DNA of 64,000 nt from Anthoceros angustus (taxonomy: Eukaryota > Plantae > Anthocerotophyta), in contig MU008167.1 in the NCBI GenBank assembly GCA_010909165.1, positions 372,001 to 436,000 on the forward strand, read 5' to 3'. The position numbers and the translations under genes were made by a program. The notes below the pieces were generated by a model. It worked only from the letters and a program-made list of their open reading frames with translations, had not been told where the DNA came from and made no database searches. Numbering within the stretch: the stretch's first letter is position 1; each line of letters begins with the position of its first letter. Positions 1 through 13,296 of this stretch are shown in pieces.

Positions 1-766
1 ACCAGATCGGTATTCCAGACCATCATGCGATGATGTGGAATATATATTACGAAGGAATCTTAAGATGCCGAGGCATGTAAGTGTAGAATATAAGCGAAAA
101 AAAATTATCCCATTTAAGTAGCCGGGTGACGACTTCGATATTCCATAGTATGGAGGAAGAGGAAACGGAAGAGGAAGAGGAAGAGGAGGAGGTTTTTTAT
201 TAAGGGGTGAACTCGTATTTCTCACGTTTCCTTTTCCATGTAGCTGTGTACCTAGGTACCTACATAGCTATGTACATACGCTCATCGTACAATGTCCATT
301 GGCTGGACGTTCTCACAGCCTCACAGCACTCGACTTTTAAACGTTGTAACGCTGTTCTGGAGTCGCCGAGCACGAAGCTTATAGTCTCATCAGTGCAGCA
401 GGCCTGCAGGCGAGCGTGATCTGAGAGCAGAATTGAAGGCAACTTGTGGCAGCTTCTGCCAATCTAAGCAATGCAGGCTGGGATTCGGAGGAAGGAAGCG
501 GGCTGTTGCACTGTTGCAGTCAAACGATTGCTTGGAACCTGCTTGGAAGTGCACGGAACGGCCGGGGTTGCTTGAGGTGCAGCACACGGATTTGTTGATC
601 GAGCGGGGAAGGATTGGATCGGATCGGGGGATTGCGGCCAGGATTTGGTTGGATGAAGGAATTCTGAATTTCAGGTGTTCCGATCTGCCTGCCAGCCAGA
701 GCTGGATGTGGATTTGGCGGTGAACGCTAGGGCAGCAGCTGCGGAGAGCGACCCGCTGCGGTGTTG

Positions 767-3700
767 ATGGCGGAACGTCGGGGTATGTGGGAGGAAGGGG
801 ATGCTCTGTTTGCTGGGCGTCTCCTGTCTTTGCCATTTTGTGATGTGTCGCTGTGCTTTGTGTTCGAGTTGCTGAAACCCTGTTGTGGTGGATCGACGGT
901 GATGGAGCAGAGACGACAGTGGTTGTGGTGGAGTTGGAGTCAGGGGAGTTCTTTGTCATTGCGAGCCTCGCCGGGCAGCGCGAGACACAGGTTATCGGGG
1001 TTGATCCGACGACAGGCGCACTCTGCTATTCTGGTCGGCCAGGAGTGGACGTGTTTCCGACAGAGGCGGAGGCTCTGCAGTACGTAACAGGCAACTCGCG
1101 TTGGATTCCCAAGAGCACTTGGTATGGGAAAGCAATTCTTGGCTATGCTGTGCTCGGAAGCGTGGGCCTCCTGCTCATTGCTATCAGGCTACGGACATCC
1201 ATTCCTTTTCTTCCGGGGGGTGATTCTGTTCAAACGGTTGTTGAAAGCAAGTGGGTGAAAATTCCTCTCAGAAACCCGCAGCCTTTGTTGAAAGGGGAGG
1301 TGAAGAATGCATCCGATTTCGCCGGCATCGACATTGACAACGTCCACTTCTTCTGTGAGACAAGGGACATCACTCGGCCGTTCCCTAGTCCCAGATCGGT
1401 TCAGTCTCCAGACGAGGAATTTGCCTGGAACTCGTGGTTATCATCCCCTTTTAAGGCGATTGGTCTGCCCCGGCACTGTGTGGTTCTTTTGCAGGTACAT
1501 ATATACTCCGAGTGGTTGCCTATTAGAACAGCTCAACAGACGGCAGCTGAATCTTTGGAAAGCAAGGTATCGTCTGATTTGAAGGTTTTTGGTGCAGGGG
1601 CTTGCAGATAGTCGCACATTCACAACTCATGATGGTGAGCAGCTAACCGTAGCTCTTACAGCAAGGCGAAGCCGTTTACATCCTGGGACGAGATACCTGG
1701 CTCGTGGCCTGAATGGAGCTTTCAGCACAGGTTTGATTGCCTAAATATCTGACCTTTCTTACTGATCACTCTGAAACATTCCCATGACTGAAGCTGTGGG
1801 TTCCTCCTTCTCTGGCTTGGTCTTGGTTTGCAGGAAATGAAGTTGAGTGTGAGCAGCTGGTTTGGCCTCATGTTGCCCCAGGACTGCCAGTTCCTTTTGC
1901 TATGTACCTCTGGCGGCGAGGAACAGTTCCTTTGTGGTGGGGGGCTGAGATCAAGTCCAACATTGCGGAAGCAGAAATTTTTGTTTGTGAGAAGAGGACC
2001 TATGAAGGTTCCCCTCAATACTTCAGAAGGCTCAGCCGTCGATATGCTTCAGGTCCAAAGGCGACTGGCAAGTCAAAGCAACCGCCATTAGTCTGCATCA
2101 ATCTACTGAGGAGCGGAGTTGGAAAGCCGGAGGTAGTCCTGTGGCAGCATTTTCAAGAGTCAGTCAAATTTGCAAGATCACAACGCAAGGTGGATGATGC
2201 AAGAATTTTTCTTCTTGACTATGACTGGCATGACAAGACTAAGACCATCGGGGAACCAAAGACTGTGGAGGGGCTGTGGCAGCTGCTCAAAGACCCAACA
2301 AGTGATATAAAATTCGATTTGGGCGAATATTACGCTAGAGGCCAACAGCCCAAAGATTTTACAGGTTCGTTAACTCCAAATAGAGGTGCCTATGGGGGAG
2401 CTTTTAGAAATGTGAAGAAGCAGGACGGAGTTATAAGATTCAACTGTGCAGATTCTCTTGACAGGACCAATGCAGCCAGCTTCTTTGGTGCTGTACAAGT
2501 TCTTGCTGAGCAGTGCAGGCAGCTAGGTTACCCCCTGGACTCTGCGAAGGGTACTGCTGCAAGTGGCTCGATCAATGGTAGGACTGAAGCACCAGAGGCT
2601 CCCCTTCCTCCAGGTTGGGAAAAGCGAACTGACGGTGTTACTGGAAGGACATTCTATATTGATCATAACACAAGGAAGACAACGTGGGATCATCCTTGTC
2701 CAGAGGAGTCAAGCCTAGATAAACCTTGGATACGGTTTGACATGACAGTGGATGAGTTTAAGGAGGCTACCATCCCGAGTGCTGTAGCTGGAATGGCTGA
2801 ACTGTTCCTTATCTCCGGTGATATCCACGCTACTCTTTACACAGGCTCTAAAGCCATGCACAGTCATATTATCCAGATATTCAGTGAAGAAGGAGGCAAA
2901 GCGAAAACCTTGTCACCGGCGCAAAATTTAGCAATCACTTTGCAGAGACGATTCTTGAATGTGGTCATGGACAGCACTCGACAAAAGCAACTTGAAATGT
3001 TTCTAGGGTTGCGGTTAAGCAAGTACTTTCCAAGTTTGCCAGACAAACCTCTGCAGGTTCGTGAGTAAACATTCTGCCAAGAAATCTGAAACTATGCTTT
3101 GAAATCGTGAAATAGCTTGACAGATGTCTCTTCCCACTGCAGGCCTTGACTCGGCCAAATGCATGCCTCCTCAAAACAGTTCCGAGCATGTTTCCAAACA
3201 CTGCCCCTCAAAATGCTCTCATTAGTGCCAAATACAAGGACATCGTTTGGGTATGTACGAAGGCATTTTACACAAACTTGTCTTTGTTCCCGATGAAGTC
3301 AGAGGTGTTGCATTATGAATCCTGCAGAAATTCATTTGTTTCTGACTTGTGTTGATAGGTGTGCCCTTCAGCAGCAGAAGTGGTGGAGCTGTATATATTC
3401 CTCTCCGAACCATGCCATGCTTCTCAGCTGTTGCTGTCAGTTGCGCATGGAGCAGATGACTCTACATCACCTTCTTCTTTTGATATCCGGGCTGGTCGTC
3501 ATCTTGATAGCCTGAAGCTTGTTCTTGAGGTCTGCCTAGCTCAGCTTTTGTTTGTTTAGTTCTGCTTGCATGCAGGAGCACAACAGCCTCTGGTTTCTTT
3601 GCCGTTAACGTTGCTGTCTATGCTTTGAATTCCAGGGTGCAACTGTCCCGAGATGTGCCAATGGGACACAACTCTTGTATATTTTACCAGGTGCCAGGAG

Positions 3701-6700
3701 TGCAGAAGATGTTGCTATCACTGGTGCAGGGACAGGGGGGAGGGACTCTTGTTGGCTCTATAACTTCGAAGAGCAGGAGGGGGAGCTGGATTTCCTGACT
3801 CGAGTTGTGGTGCTAACATTTTATCCCGCTTCACCTGGAATTGCCATCTCCCTTGGTCAGGTACGATGCTTTGTCCCACTCGACTCAGGACCTACAGAAT
3901 TTCCTGGTGTTGCCATCTAGCAAATCTATCACTCCCTTTCAATTACCTGTGTTGTGTGATTCCAGGTGGAGGTCCTTGGGGTGTCTCTTTTCTCTGGCGG
4001 GATACCTAAACATGTAGAGCAACAGCTCTCGAGCGCTCCATCCTCTAGCAGTATGAGGAGGGAAAGTTTGACCCCAGGGAAGGTCCCTGTAGACCTTTTG
4101 TCTGGAGCCCATGGCCATGTTAGCAGTCAGGTTACAGGCCCTGGCGTACCTCCTGCTGCCTTTGACTTGCTAAGTGACAGTTTCCACACACCATTGCCAG
4201 CGTCTGGCTCCATAGTACAAGGAGAATCTATTGCTTCTGATCTGATCAACTGGGATCCCTTTGACGATCCATCTATTGGCTCAAGCTCTCCAGCTCTTCA
4301 GAGCACACCAGAGAAATCAACTCCAAACTTGACAAGGCCTACGTCTCTGCAGAGTGGCTCTCCACTCAAGTTGAAAGCAGCTGCAGAAAGATACCTGGAG
4401 CTGCTGGAGAAGACTCTAGATTCAGATTCTGTATGTCCCTCTGCCAAAGCCTTTGTTTCATTATTGTTTGTGTGGTTTGACGCATGTTCTCTTTTGAAGT
4501 TGATAACGAACATCTGAGCAACTATTAAGTCCTTTGTTGTAACTGCTTATCTGTCAGAGACAATCCATACACTATCAAGAAGCCATGGCACTTGAGATTT
4601 CACGGCTGGCTTTGGGTTTATCTGCAGCTGAGCGGGACCGAGCATTGCTATCAGTTGGCCGGGATCCTGCAACACTAGATCCTAACTCTATGCTGAGCCT
4701 GAACCAGCTTGCACAGGTGAGGCAGGCGGCATCTCAGATGGCTCTCGCCTCTCAAATATCTGAGGAGGATAAGGAGGCGGCTGCTATTGGCCTTGAAGTG
4801 CAGGGCCAGTTGAGCAGTGATGAACTGGACGACATGGTTCCGGACTGCTGCTCCCATCCAGATTGTGAAGTAGTGATTCGAAAGAAAATGGCTGGGTCAA
4901 TTGGAACCACAGGGCTTGCTGCTTGTGACAGCTGCAAGAGAAAAGTATGTACGGCTTGTAGGGCTGAAAGTGGATGTACATTGCTGATAAACTTAGGGGG
5001 CATTGCACCAGGATCTTCTGGTGCAACTTTCAGCACTGGACCTACACGAGGTCCCCCAGCCGTGGATGCTGTGCTATGTCAGGCATGCTGCCCTCAGACA
5101 TATAGGGATGCAGTACTCTTGGATCGTGTTCGAATTCTGGCTTCAGTGCGCCGCAAAACCAGAGTGAAAACTTCCCTATCTAAAGCATTGGCGGAGGTTG
5201 CTGGTCTCACAATTGAACCAGGTAATACCGGTTTCTCAGTATCATCAAGTAGACAAAGCACAAGCACTGATGATCTGCAACCACCTTACAAAGGATTGAC
5301 ATCACTTGCAGAGTACCCATATGCAAGTCTGCTGTCATCGGTAAGCTAATGTGCATTGAGTTTGCTGCCTGGGCAGTGGTGTAGAAGCTGTTTGAATTCA
5401 ATAAGCATGTCCCTCAAGATAGATTGTGTGAAAAACAGGTGCCTGCAGCTGAAGGTTCAGAGCCAGCGCAATCTCTTATAGCACATCCAAAGGCTGGCTC
5501 CTCATACTGGAAGCTTCCTTTTGGGATCACAAGTGCTGATATATCAATTGTTCTCAGTGCACAGTCTTTAGTCTCAGCCATATGCTTAATCGTTAGTCCA
5601 TGTGGCTATTCACTTCAAGATACACCCCAGGTAAGTACTTTCCTTTATTGATGAGGCCAACACCTAAGCAGTGCAGATCAGATCTGTTTCTAACTTGTGA
5701 GCCTCCATGCAGATTGATGTCTGGTGTAGCAACACAGTTGCAGAGACAGACCGGTTGTCGCTTGGCAGATGGGACATTGGTGCTATAGCTGCTGGTGCTA
5801 TTGGTGCTGGCTCAGCATCTGAAAATATCTTTGGACCAGAATCTGTTACATCAGCAACTTCTGCTGCTCCTCGTCATGTCTTGTTGAACCTTCCGAAACC
5901 TGTCCGCTGTCGGATACTCTGGGTGAAGATAAGCCTCCAAAATGTGTCTCCTGCAAGTCAAGACCTCCTTGGTTCGCCGCCCAGAGGAGTAATGGGGCCC
6001 ATCTGTATACATGCGAAACGGATTCTGGTGTTGGGAAGACAATTGGCAGAAGACACAGAATACATGCCTCAAGGTCCAGACCGAATGATTGCAAGGAACG
6101 CTTTGGACACCCCAGCTCGAACTGCCCGTCTGAAGGTGTGAATGCCATTTGTTTCGTCTGTGAATGCTTAATTTGATAGGAAGCACAACAGCTCCTTGTG
6201 CAAAGTGCTCATGGCTGCTTTTCCTCAGGTACAAGTGGAAAGTGAAAGGATTGCTGGTGGTGGTCGGAAGGTGCAGCAGTTTATACCACTTAATGCGCCA
6301 CCTATAGCAGGCTTTCGCTTGGATGCAATTGCTGCAGTGAAGACTGCCGCCAGGTACACAATATCGGCGAGCAACAAGATTCGGGTCTTGGATCAGGCTC
6401 TTGGGAGCGCTATTGATGAAGCTGTCACAAATCCAGTTGCACTGCAAATAAGTGTCTCCGCAGTTCAGGTTACCTGTTTGTTGCGATTGCTGTTTCTCAC
6501 CTTAGTTTACTTTCTTGTGGGTCTGATTCTTTTGTTGGCTTGAGGTTGACAATGTATGTGAATTAGGCGTAACTGACTTGTTTCGGTTACAGGGTGACTC
6601 TCAAGCACCAGTCCCAGTGGGAGTATATTCACTCCCCATCACTCGGCCTGGAACACCCTTGTACTATGATTTCGGGCAGGCTATTGTCGTTCGGTATCTT

Positions 6701-6874
6701 CAGTTTGATCTGCTAGGTGATATATCAACGTTTGCTGAGGAAACAGATCAAACTGAAAGCAGTGATAGGGAGTCTCTTCTACCCGCAAGCCTGTCGCTTG
6801 CCAACAAGATTCGTCCCTATCGCCAGGTGTCGGCTGCAGAGCTTGGCAAGTGGCCTCAGGTCAATGCAATATAG
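767..6874 (+). CDS. SAC9: SAC9-type phosphoinositide phosphatase (SAC domain + WW domain), 13 inferred exons, ~1614 aa
   Basis: Inferred exons 767-782, 911-1494, 1598-1730, 1834-3056, 3143-3250, 3359-3529, 3636-3860, 3966-4430, 4558-5340, 5439-5630, 5713-6135, 6229-6468, 6593-6874 join in frame via GT-AG introns. Motifs: [32 protein letters not shown]9-type catalytic [14 protein letters not shown] domain [33 protein letters not shown]-terminal [14 protein letters not shown]. Confidence 0.95.
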
Positions 6875-7179
6875 GAGGTGCCCAATATCCTGCAACAGGG
6901 CCAAGAGACTCCATGTGACTCATGCTGCGGACAAGCCGGGGCAAGAGAGATCGTGCACATCTCTCTCTTGCACATCTTGTTGTCGCGTCAAGTCGCACCC
7001 TCAAGTGTTGCTTAATGGTAGGTTGGTTGTCAGTTTGCGTACATCTTTTTTCCTCGTTAATAACGTTCAATCAACTGAACAGATATGAGGACTGACCAAG
7101 CAAGTTTTATGTGCAGGGGTGTGGTGTATTGTGTACAAGCCAAGCAGTACTGTTAGTAGCTCCCATCAGTTTTGGCTGC

Positions 7180-7291
7180 ACGAATTTGGTTTGCTGGAGA
7201 AGGGCGCTTCGTCAAGAACGAATTTGGTTTGCCGGAGAGAGGTTCTTCGTCCAGAACGAATTTGGTTTGCTGGAGGCTCTTCGGCAAGAAC
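7180..7291. repeat. Tandem repeat, ~38-bp unit x3
   Basis: cgaatttggtttgc(t/c)ggag recurs at ~7181, 7219 and 7257, each followed by ...cttcgtc(a/c)agaa-like sequence. Confidence 0.8.
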
Positions 7292-7520
7292 TATGCGAGA
7301 TACTTTTCTTATGGCGCAAGTCCCACCGTCTCCTGGATTTAGTGCGGAAAATATCCGGGTCTCACCATCTATTGTATTTAGCACGGTTTGTGATTTGGAA
7401 TCGTGCTATGCGACTAAGAACATGTGCCATTGCACGCATTTCATGATTTTGGTGAACACCGTGTTTTAGTATATATTATGTGTTTAAATTGTACATTTTG
7501 GGCGGTAGGGTGGACACCTG

Positions 7521-7638
7521 TAAAAACAGCAGCCAGCCAAATATGGCTACTGTTCATATCTGTTTCATTGAAAGTGTCTATAAAAACAGCAGGCAGCCAA
7601 ATATGGCTATTTTGCTTTATATGTTTCATTGAAAGTGT
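7521..7638. repeat. Tandem duplication, ~59-bp unit x2
   Basis: taaaaacagcag(c/g)cagccaaatatggcta...tgtttcattgaaagtgt at 7521 and 7580. Confidence 0.8.
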
Positions 7639-7826
7639 GCTTTTTATAATAGCCGACTTTACACTCAGAGTGGGCCAAAATTAATATTCCAGGATATGTC
7701 AGTAGGCTGAACCTATGGAGACAGGGGAAAGGGGAAACGGAATCTTTAGTATACATTGTTAGTACATAAGGATACACGATGCAAACAAAAGACCGCCAGA
7801 TTTCTGGGATCCGTACAGCAGCGAAG

Positions 7827-10800
7827 TTAGGGCTTCTGGATAATGACAGAGAGCTCCTTCAGCAGTTGATGCACCTTGTCCGAGAGAGAGGCTTGGACCC
7901 TCCAATCTCTTCGGTCTTGATGATCAGAAAGTACCTTGTGTGCTTTCGTGATTGTGGCCACGAAATGAGTGACAGCTTTCTTCAGCTTCTCCCTGCTTGC
8001 GCTGTCACGTTGAAGAGCATCAAATGCACTCAAACATGTAGAGCAGGGTATCCAAGGCAAAGGACCAGAAGACGGGGGAGATTTTGATTCCTCATTACCC
8101 ATGTCGTCACCCAAGCTCTTCCTCCTGTCTTCGGACATGGAATGACGGCCTGTGGACCCTGGAGGCTTGAAGCAGATAGAAATAACTGTTAGGATATGGT
8201 GAGTATACACAGCGCTGAGGATACCCTGGAGGATTCTGTGCAGTTGCATTGCAGCTGTTTCCATAGCACCTTTGAGCTTCCGTGTCCACAGCTCGACGGA
8301 GTCGACAATGTGCTCAGCCAGCGATATGAGAACTTGATCCGTCTGCACCACTTCAAGCCTGCCGACAAGGTTTGGGAAACAGCCTTGAACTGTCAAAATA
8401 GTTTTCCGCCTTTTCTGCAAAGCTCCCTTGAACCCGCAGCTGCATCTGAAGGATAGGTCATATGCAGTACATCTGGTGAGGCGAGTTGAGAAACAGAAAG
8501 TTCTCAGTAATGTTCTTGTCCCTTGATTTGCCTTGTCTGTATTGCAAAAGGGCTCAACTGGGATAATCTGGAGAGCGGAAGAAGTAGGGCAAGCGTTGGT
8601 GTCAAAATTTTGCGATTGGTAAAAATAAAGAGTAGGACAGACAGCAGCTGTAGCTTCCTCGAACAACCTGAAGATAGCCGATCCCTGGAATGAGGGAGCT
8701 GGGTTGAATCTGAGTTGGATCAGATATGATACGTAGGAACTGCTTTCCACCCAATTGTTTCTCGTAGAAGTTCCCTATCTTGTCCGTCACATCGGACAGA
8801 TGTGTATGCCTGCCAAGAAACAAAGAAACGTGAATCGTACGTTAATTACCAAGCTTACTGCTGGCGCTCAAATCTGAAACATGGACTTCCAAACTGACCT
8901 ATCTTCTCGATAGATAAACTGCTTCCCACCCAGTCTTAGCCCGAATTTATCACCAAAGAATCCAACACGAAAATAGGCTGCGTCCGTGGTAGGTTCACCC
9001 CACACCTCGGCCTGGGAGCATACTGAGCTGCATACGGCAGCCAGTTTCGCATGGCACTTTATCAGCTCTTTGTACGCCTTCCGATTTTTGTAGACCGGTA
9101 TTGTAAGCTCAATCAGCTCAGCTGCTGTCTCCAAGAAACCAGCTTCCCTGAACAGCTCACTTGCTTCGTGCAAATGCTCCAAGGCCCTGTCCAAGTTGAT
9201 TTCAGCTGATCCAATCACATAAGCTCTGCCTCCATTGATTGTTGGCAACGATCTTGACTTGAACCTGCTCAGTATGTCACCCTTCGTGACAACAAACCCT
9301 TTATTACTCATGTCGACGCTAATCCGCTCTTTGCTGATTTGAATCAGCGCATCTGCCAGATTATCTCTAACTTTCTCATCTAGAAAGTCCTCCTCTAAGC
9401 CAGAGTCCGATGGGTGAAGCCTCTGCTCATCAGGCCTGCTGTTGCTGATGGGTGGTAAACCAAGAAGGGAATAATACACGCTCTGCGCGCAGTCCACATC
9501 AGCTGTCTGCGACAAAGAACCTAAGCCAGCAGCACCGCCTTCCTGTGAGATGGGTCTTGGCAGCGAAGGTAACCTTTCTAGACGACCACCCAGGAGCTTC
9601 GGAAAGATGATTACCATGTCGGGGCAAATCCTCTGTAGCGTCCGCAGGTGTGGTGTCCCCCACAGAGAACATTCACTTGACCGCATCATGTGCTGGATGA
9701 TGATACTTGCACATGCCACGAGGCATTGCCCAGCTTCTGGCTGGTGCAATTCAGCATGGTCCTCCTTGTACCGTCGGCTGAGTCGAAGTAACCATTGTAT
9801 GCTAAGATCTGGGACATGGAAACAAGCTCTGGATACACCTAGACAGGTCTCCGCCAAAAGAATCCTGTCTACGGATTGTCTTTCCATCTGCAAATGGCAA
9901 GATTTCCCGACAACACTATCGGTTCCGCTGGCGAGTACCAGAAAATGGGAAACAAGAGATGCATCATAGAGAAACCAGCTACAAAAAACCAACAGTCATC
10001 GATATGCTGAGAATGTGGAGACAGATCTTACCATCTTATGATGCTCACTCCAAGCTTGGAAAACATGCTGTAGGGTTACCACCAAGTCCCGTAGCGCTTC
10101 CTTCCAACCAAATACGTCCAAATCCAGAGCCACCATCCCATGACACCCAGAGACCTCGTTGGACTCCGATGTCTCCAAATGGTAGAGGCAGCTCAAAATG
10201 CTCTCCAATGAGTCCGCAGTCCAAAAACTGGACAAGGCGTTGGATTTCCGTCGGAGATCAGGCACACTGCAACTAGGAGGCCCGGGTTTCTTCAGAATAT
10301 CAAGCTCGTCACTCCATGAAACCTTCACAAAGTCCCCTGATCTTCTGTCCACTTTCTCCCTACGAGGCCGCTGTTTGAACTGTCTGGAGGGAGAGTCAAC
10401 TTTGGCTCTGGGAGACCAATCTGCAGAGCAATACGAGGAATCCCTGAAATTTCCAAAGGTCTCGGACCTGCTGAAGGTTCTTTGCTCAAGCTCCGCCTCA
10501 CTGTCACTCCATTCAAAAGAGCTTGAATCTCGGCTCTGGGTCGTGCACACTGACTTGGACCTTCTGTAGGAGTGGGCACTAGAATGGCTGCACCTAGGCG
10601 TCTCTGCCTGCTGGGTTGTCACACGGAATTCCAGGATATCCATGAGGGCCATGGTCGATATGACCTTCATTTGCACAAGTCCTCCATGCTCAGTGAAAGC
10701 GCTCTGCATGCAGCCAGCGAACACCATCAGGAGGAGAATTACCGGAGACCTGCAGCATTGTACAACTGCCCAGATATTTCCACCTTTAACAAGAGCCGCA

Positions 10801-11965
10801 GTATGGACCGAGACTTTTGCCTCACAGCATCTCTGTCGTCCAAAGCTGCTATGAACAATAGCCAACCAAACATTTCACAAAGAATATGGCCATCGGCGTT
10901 CTTTCCAAGTAAGTCACTTGCATGCCTTGCGAGCTGCAACAAGGACCAAAAGACATCAGGCCATGATAAAAAATAGCAGCGAAAGAATTGTCAGAATGTG
11001 TGCCTGAACTCGTACCAGCTTGGGGAACAATAGCACTAGATCTTGCCATACACTGATAGCTTGTGGACGTCTGAGGAGGTCCACAACAGGACGCCAGACG
11101 CAGCATTGAAGAATACCGTCGTCTGTCTCGGCGGCTTGACGAGCCAACGCTGCGGAGAATATATCAACCACTCTGAGGGCCTTCCTGCTTGTTTCCGGAT
11201 CTTGACAGCGTTCCTACCACAGAAGTCACGTCACCATGCTGCCTCAGAATGCTGCTTTCGCAATCTGTTACAGTTCATTCCAACGAAATGGAGAACCAGC
11301 TTAACTTTTACTCACTTCATCCGACAAGCCGTTACCATCTGACTTCCAAGTTTCCCCTTCGTTCGCTTTTGCAGAGTCCGAAGCTGGCAACTCATCCTGC
11401 TGCACAAAAAAAAAGGTTCGTCAAATAGGCAAACATTCAACAAGCCAGCAAGATATCAATCCCTCCGTTCAAGCGCTCACCGGAAAGCACGCAAGCTTCT
11501 CCTTCAGCAGAGTCTGGAACAGGCGAGTCAAACGATCACTACCCAGGTCTACCGAGGATTTCCGGGCATCCGCCAGGTCCTCTTCCGCCATAAGGCTGGA
11601 AATGTCCAAGCTCCTCTGATTTCTGTGACAACATGTTGCCTCCAAAATCCTATCAATGATTCTGCCAAGACGACACGAAGTGCAAGCTGAGTCGCCAGGC
11701 AATAATGCGCACCATTCGAGCGGGAAGGAAACGGCAGGCATGTCCAAAATTAGCAGGAACTCAAACGTTCCCACACAACGCCGCCATTCCACAAAAACCG
11801 CACGCAACTCGCATTGCAGGGGGAATATAATTGCTGGCAAAAACCATAGAGAAATGTGCGATTGTACTCACGATGTCGCCGGTTCAGACCTGCCGAAACC
11901 CATTCCAACACTTGGCACTGGCTTCTGTGCATTTCCTGTTCAGCAATGCACTCTCCCGCAGTCAT
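7827..11965 (-). CDS. Divergent SPIKE1/DOCK-family protein (armadillo-like region + DHR2 domain); no DHR1 visible; 5' end uncertain
   Basis: Multi-exon ORFs resemble the SPK1 C-terminal half: ILCEMFGWLLFIAALDDRDAVRQKSRSILRLLLK, VPDLSIQWLLRLS..EAGQCLVACA..LW..HLRTLQRICP, HLHEASELFREAGFLE..LTIPVYKNRKAYKELIKCHAKLA, YFRVGFFGDKFG..KQFIYRE, YLQ|IIPVEP, KRRKTILTVQGCFPNLVGRLEV, LHRILQG. Stop at 7827-7829. The start at ATG 11965 is a guess. Confidence 0.8.
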
Positions 11966-13296
11966 CCCAGCCGATCATTCTACACTCCAACGTCCAAAAA
12001 CGTGCGCGCGAAGCCGGCGACTGCCTCCACAGCTCCGGTTCTCGATGCTACATGTTCTTTCCGCCCGCACCTGGACAGCCTCAATATCGGCTGCTGCTGT
12101 AGCTCACAGAACCTCTCGGATTCCAACCTTGAACCGGAGAGAGGTTAATCAAGGACAATCCAGCCAGCCGCTGGCACGGGACCCGAGCCTCCGACGGAAA
12201 CCGAATTCTTCCAGCGCCGCTTTCGGATCAAACTCGGCAGGAAGAGCGCAACTTCAACTTCAGGAACCTCTCCCTCGCAATCAACAAGAAAGAAATTTCG
12301 CGGCTGGAGCTTGGAAGGAGGAGATAGCAATCCAGCGCAAAGCAGCAGAGCTTTCCAAAGCAGCAGCACAGAAGTGACAACGGCAGCTCCACGGACGTTC
12401 CTTCCACCAAACCAAGCTCCGGCCAGAAAAACCTGCGAGTCACGCAGGCACGCCTTCCAGCGGATCTCCACCAGAATTTCTTCGGGCCAATCCTTCCTCG
12501 CCGCTCACATCACCAGGGCTGGCCGGCACAACCAGCTCCGCGGAAGCACAACACGCCATTCCTGACCTCCAACCAGCCACATCTTGGAGCCGAACAATTC
12601 CCTCACCGAGCTCCTCACTTCCTCAACTACCTAGCGGCTGGATCAGGCACAAACTGCAAGCTCCCATCCACACCTTCCCCTGGCCAGCACACAACGCTGC
12701 ATGTCCCGAAATTCTGCAAATTCCTCATATTCTTGCATTCCTCTTCTTCTTCCTCCAAACAGATCGCATCGGCAGCTCAGCTGGAGCTCCCAAATTCACG
12801 AATTCAGCCAGGGCGCAAGGCTTGAAGCGTAATCACAATGCGGCGAGGAAGGCAGGGCGATGGGAGAGATCTAGATGCTTCGTCCGCCACTGCAACCGCA
12901 AAGTTCCAAGACAGCAGCAGGAACAGCAGCGGCCACAGCAGCCGAGGCGGAGCAGCAGGAGCAGCAGGAGGACAAGGCAGGCAGAAGGGGCGAGCCTGCA
13001 CGACGTCCGAGTGTACCACGTTTTTACCTTTCACCCGACCCGTTTACAACTGCTTCCAGGCCCCTTTACCATAACCTCCATAACAGAAGACCGTAACGCT
13101 GCCACAGCTCTGCCAACGCTCTAACAGAACGTGAACGGCTCTTAGTTTCCTTGTCTCCACAAACTTGATAACTTTTCCCTCGCGACTTTGAGTGTCAGAG
13201 ACCATGTTTCTTATACACATTTGATGTTAACTTTTGCACTTATAAGAGCTTACAGGAGTAGAGTTCCGAACGGCCTGTGATGTCATAGGTTCGTTA

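Noticed and set aside
2437-2472. SAC catalytic motif reads CADSLDRTN rather than CxDCLDRTN
   Set aside because: This is the known signature of the SAC9 subfamily, not a novelty.
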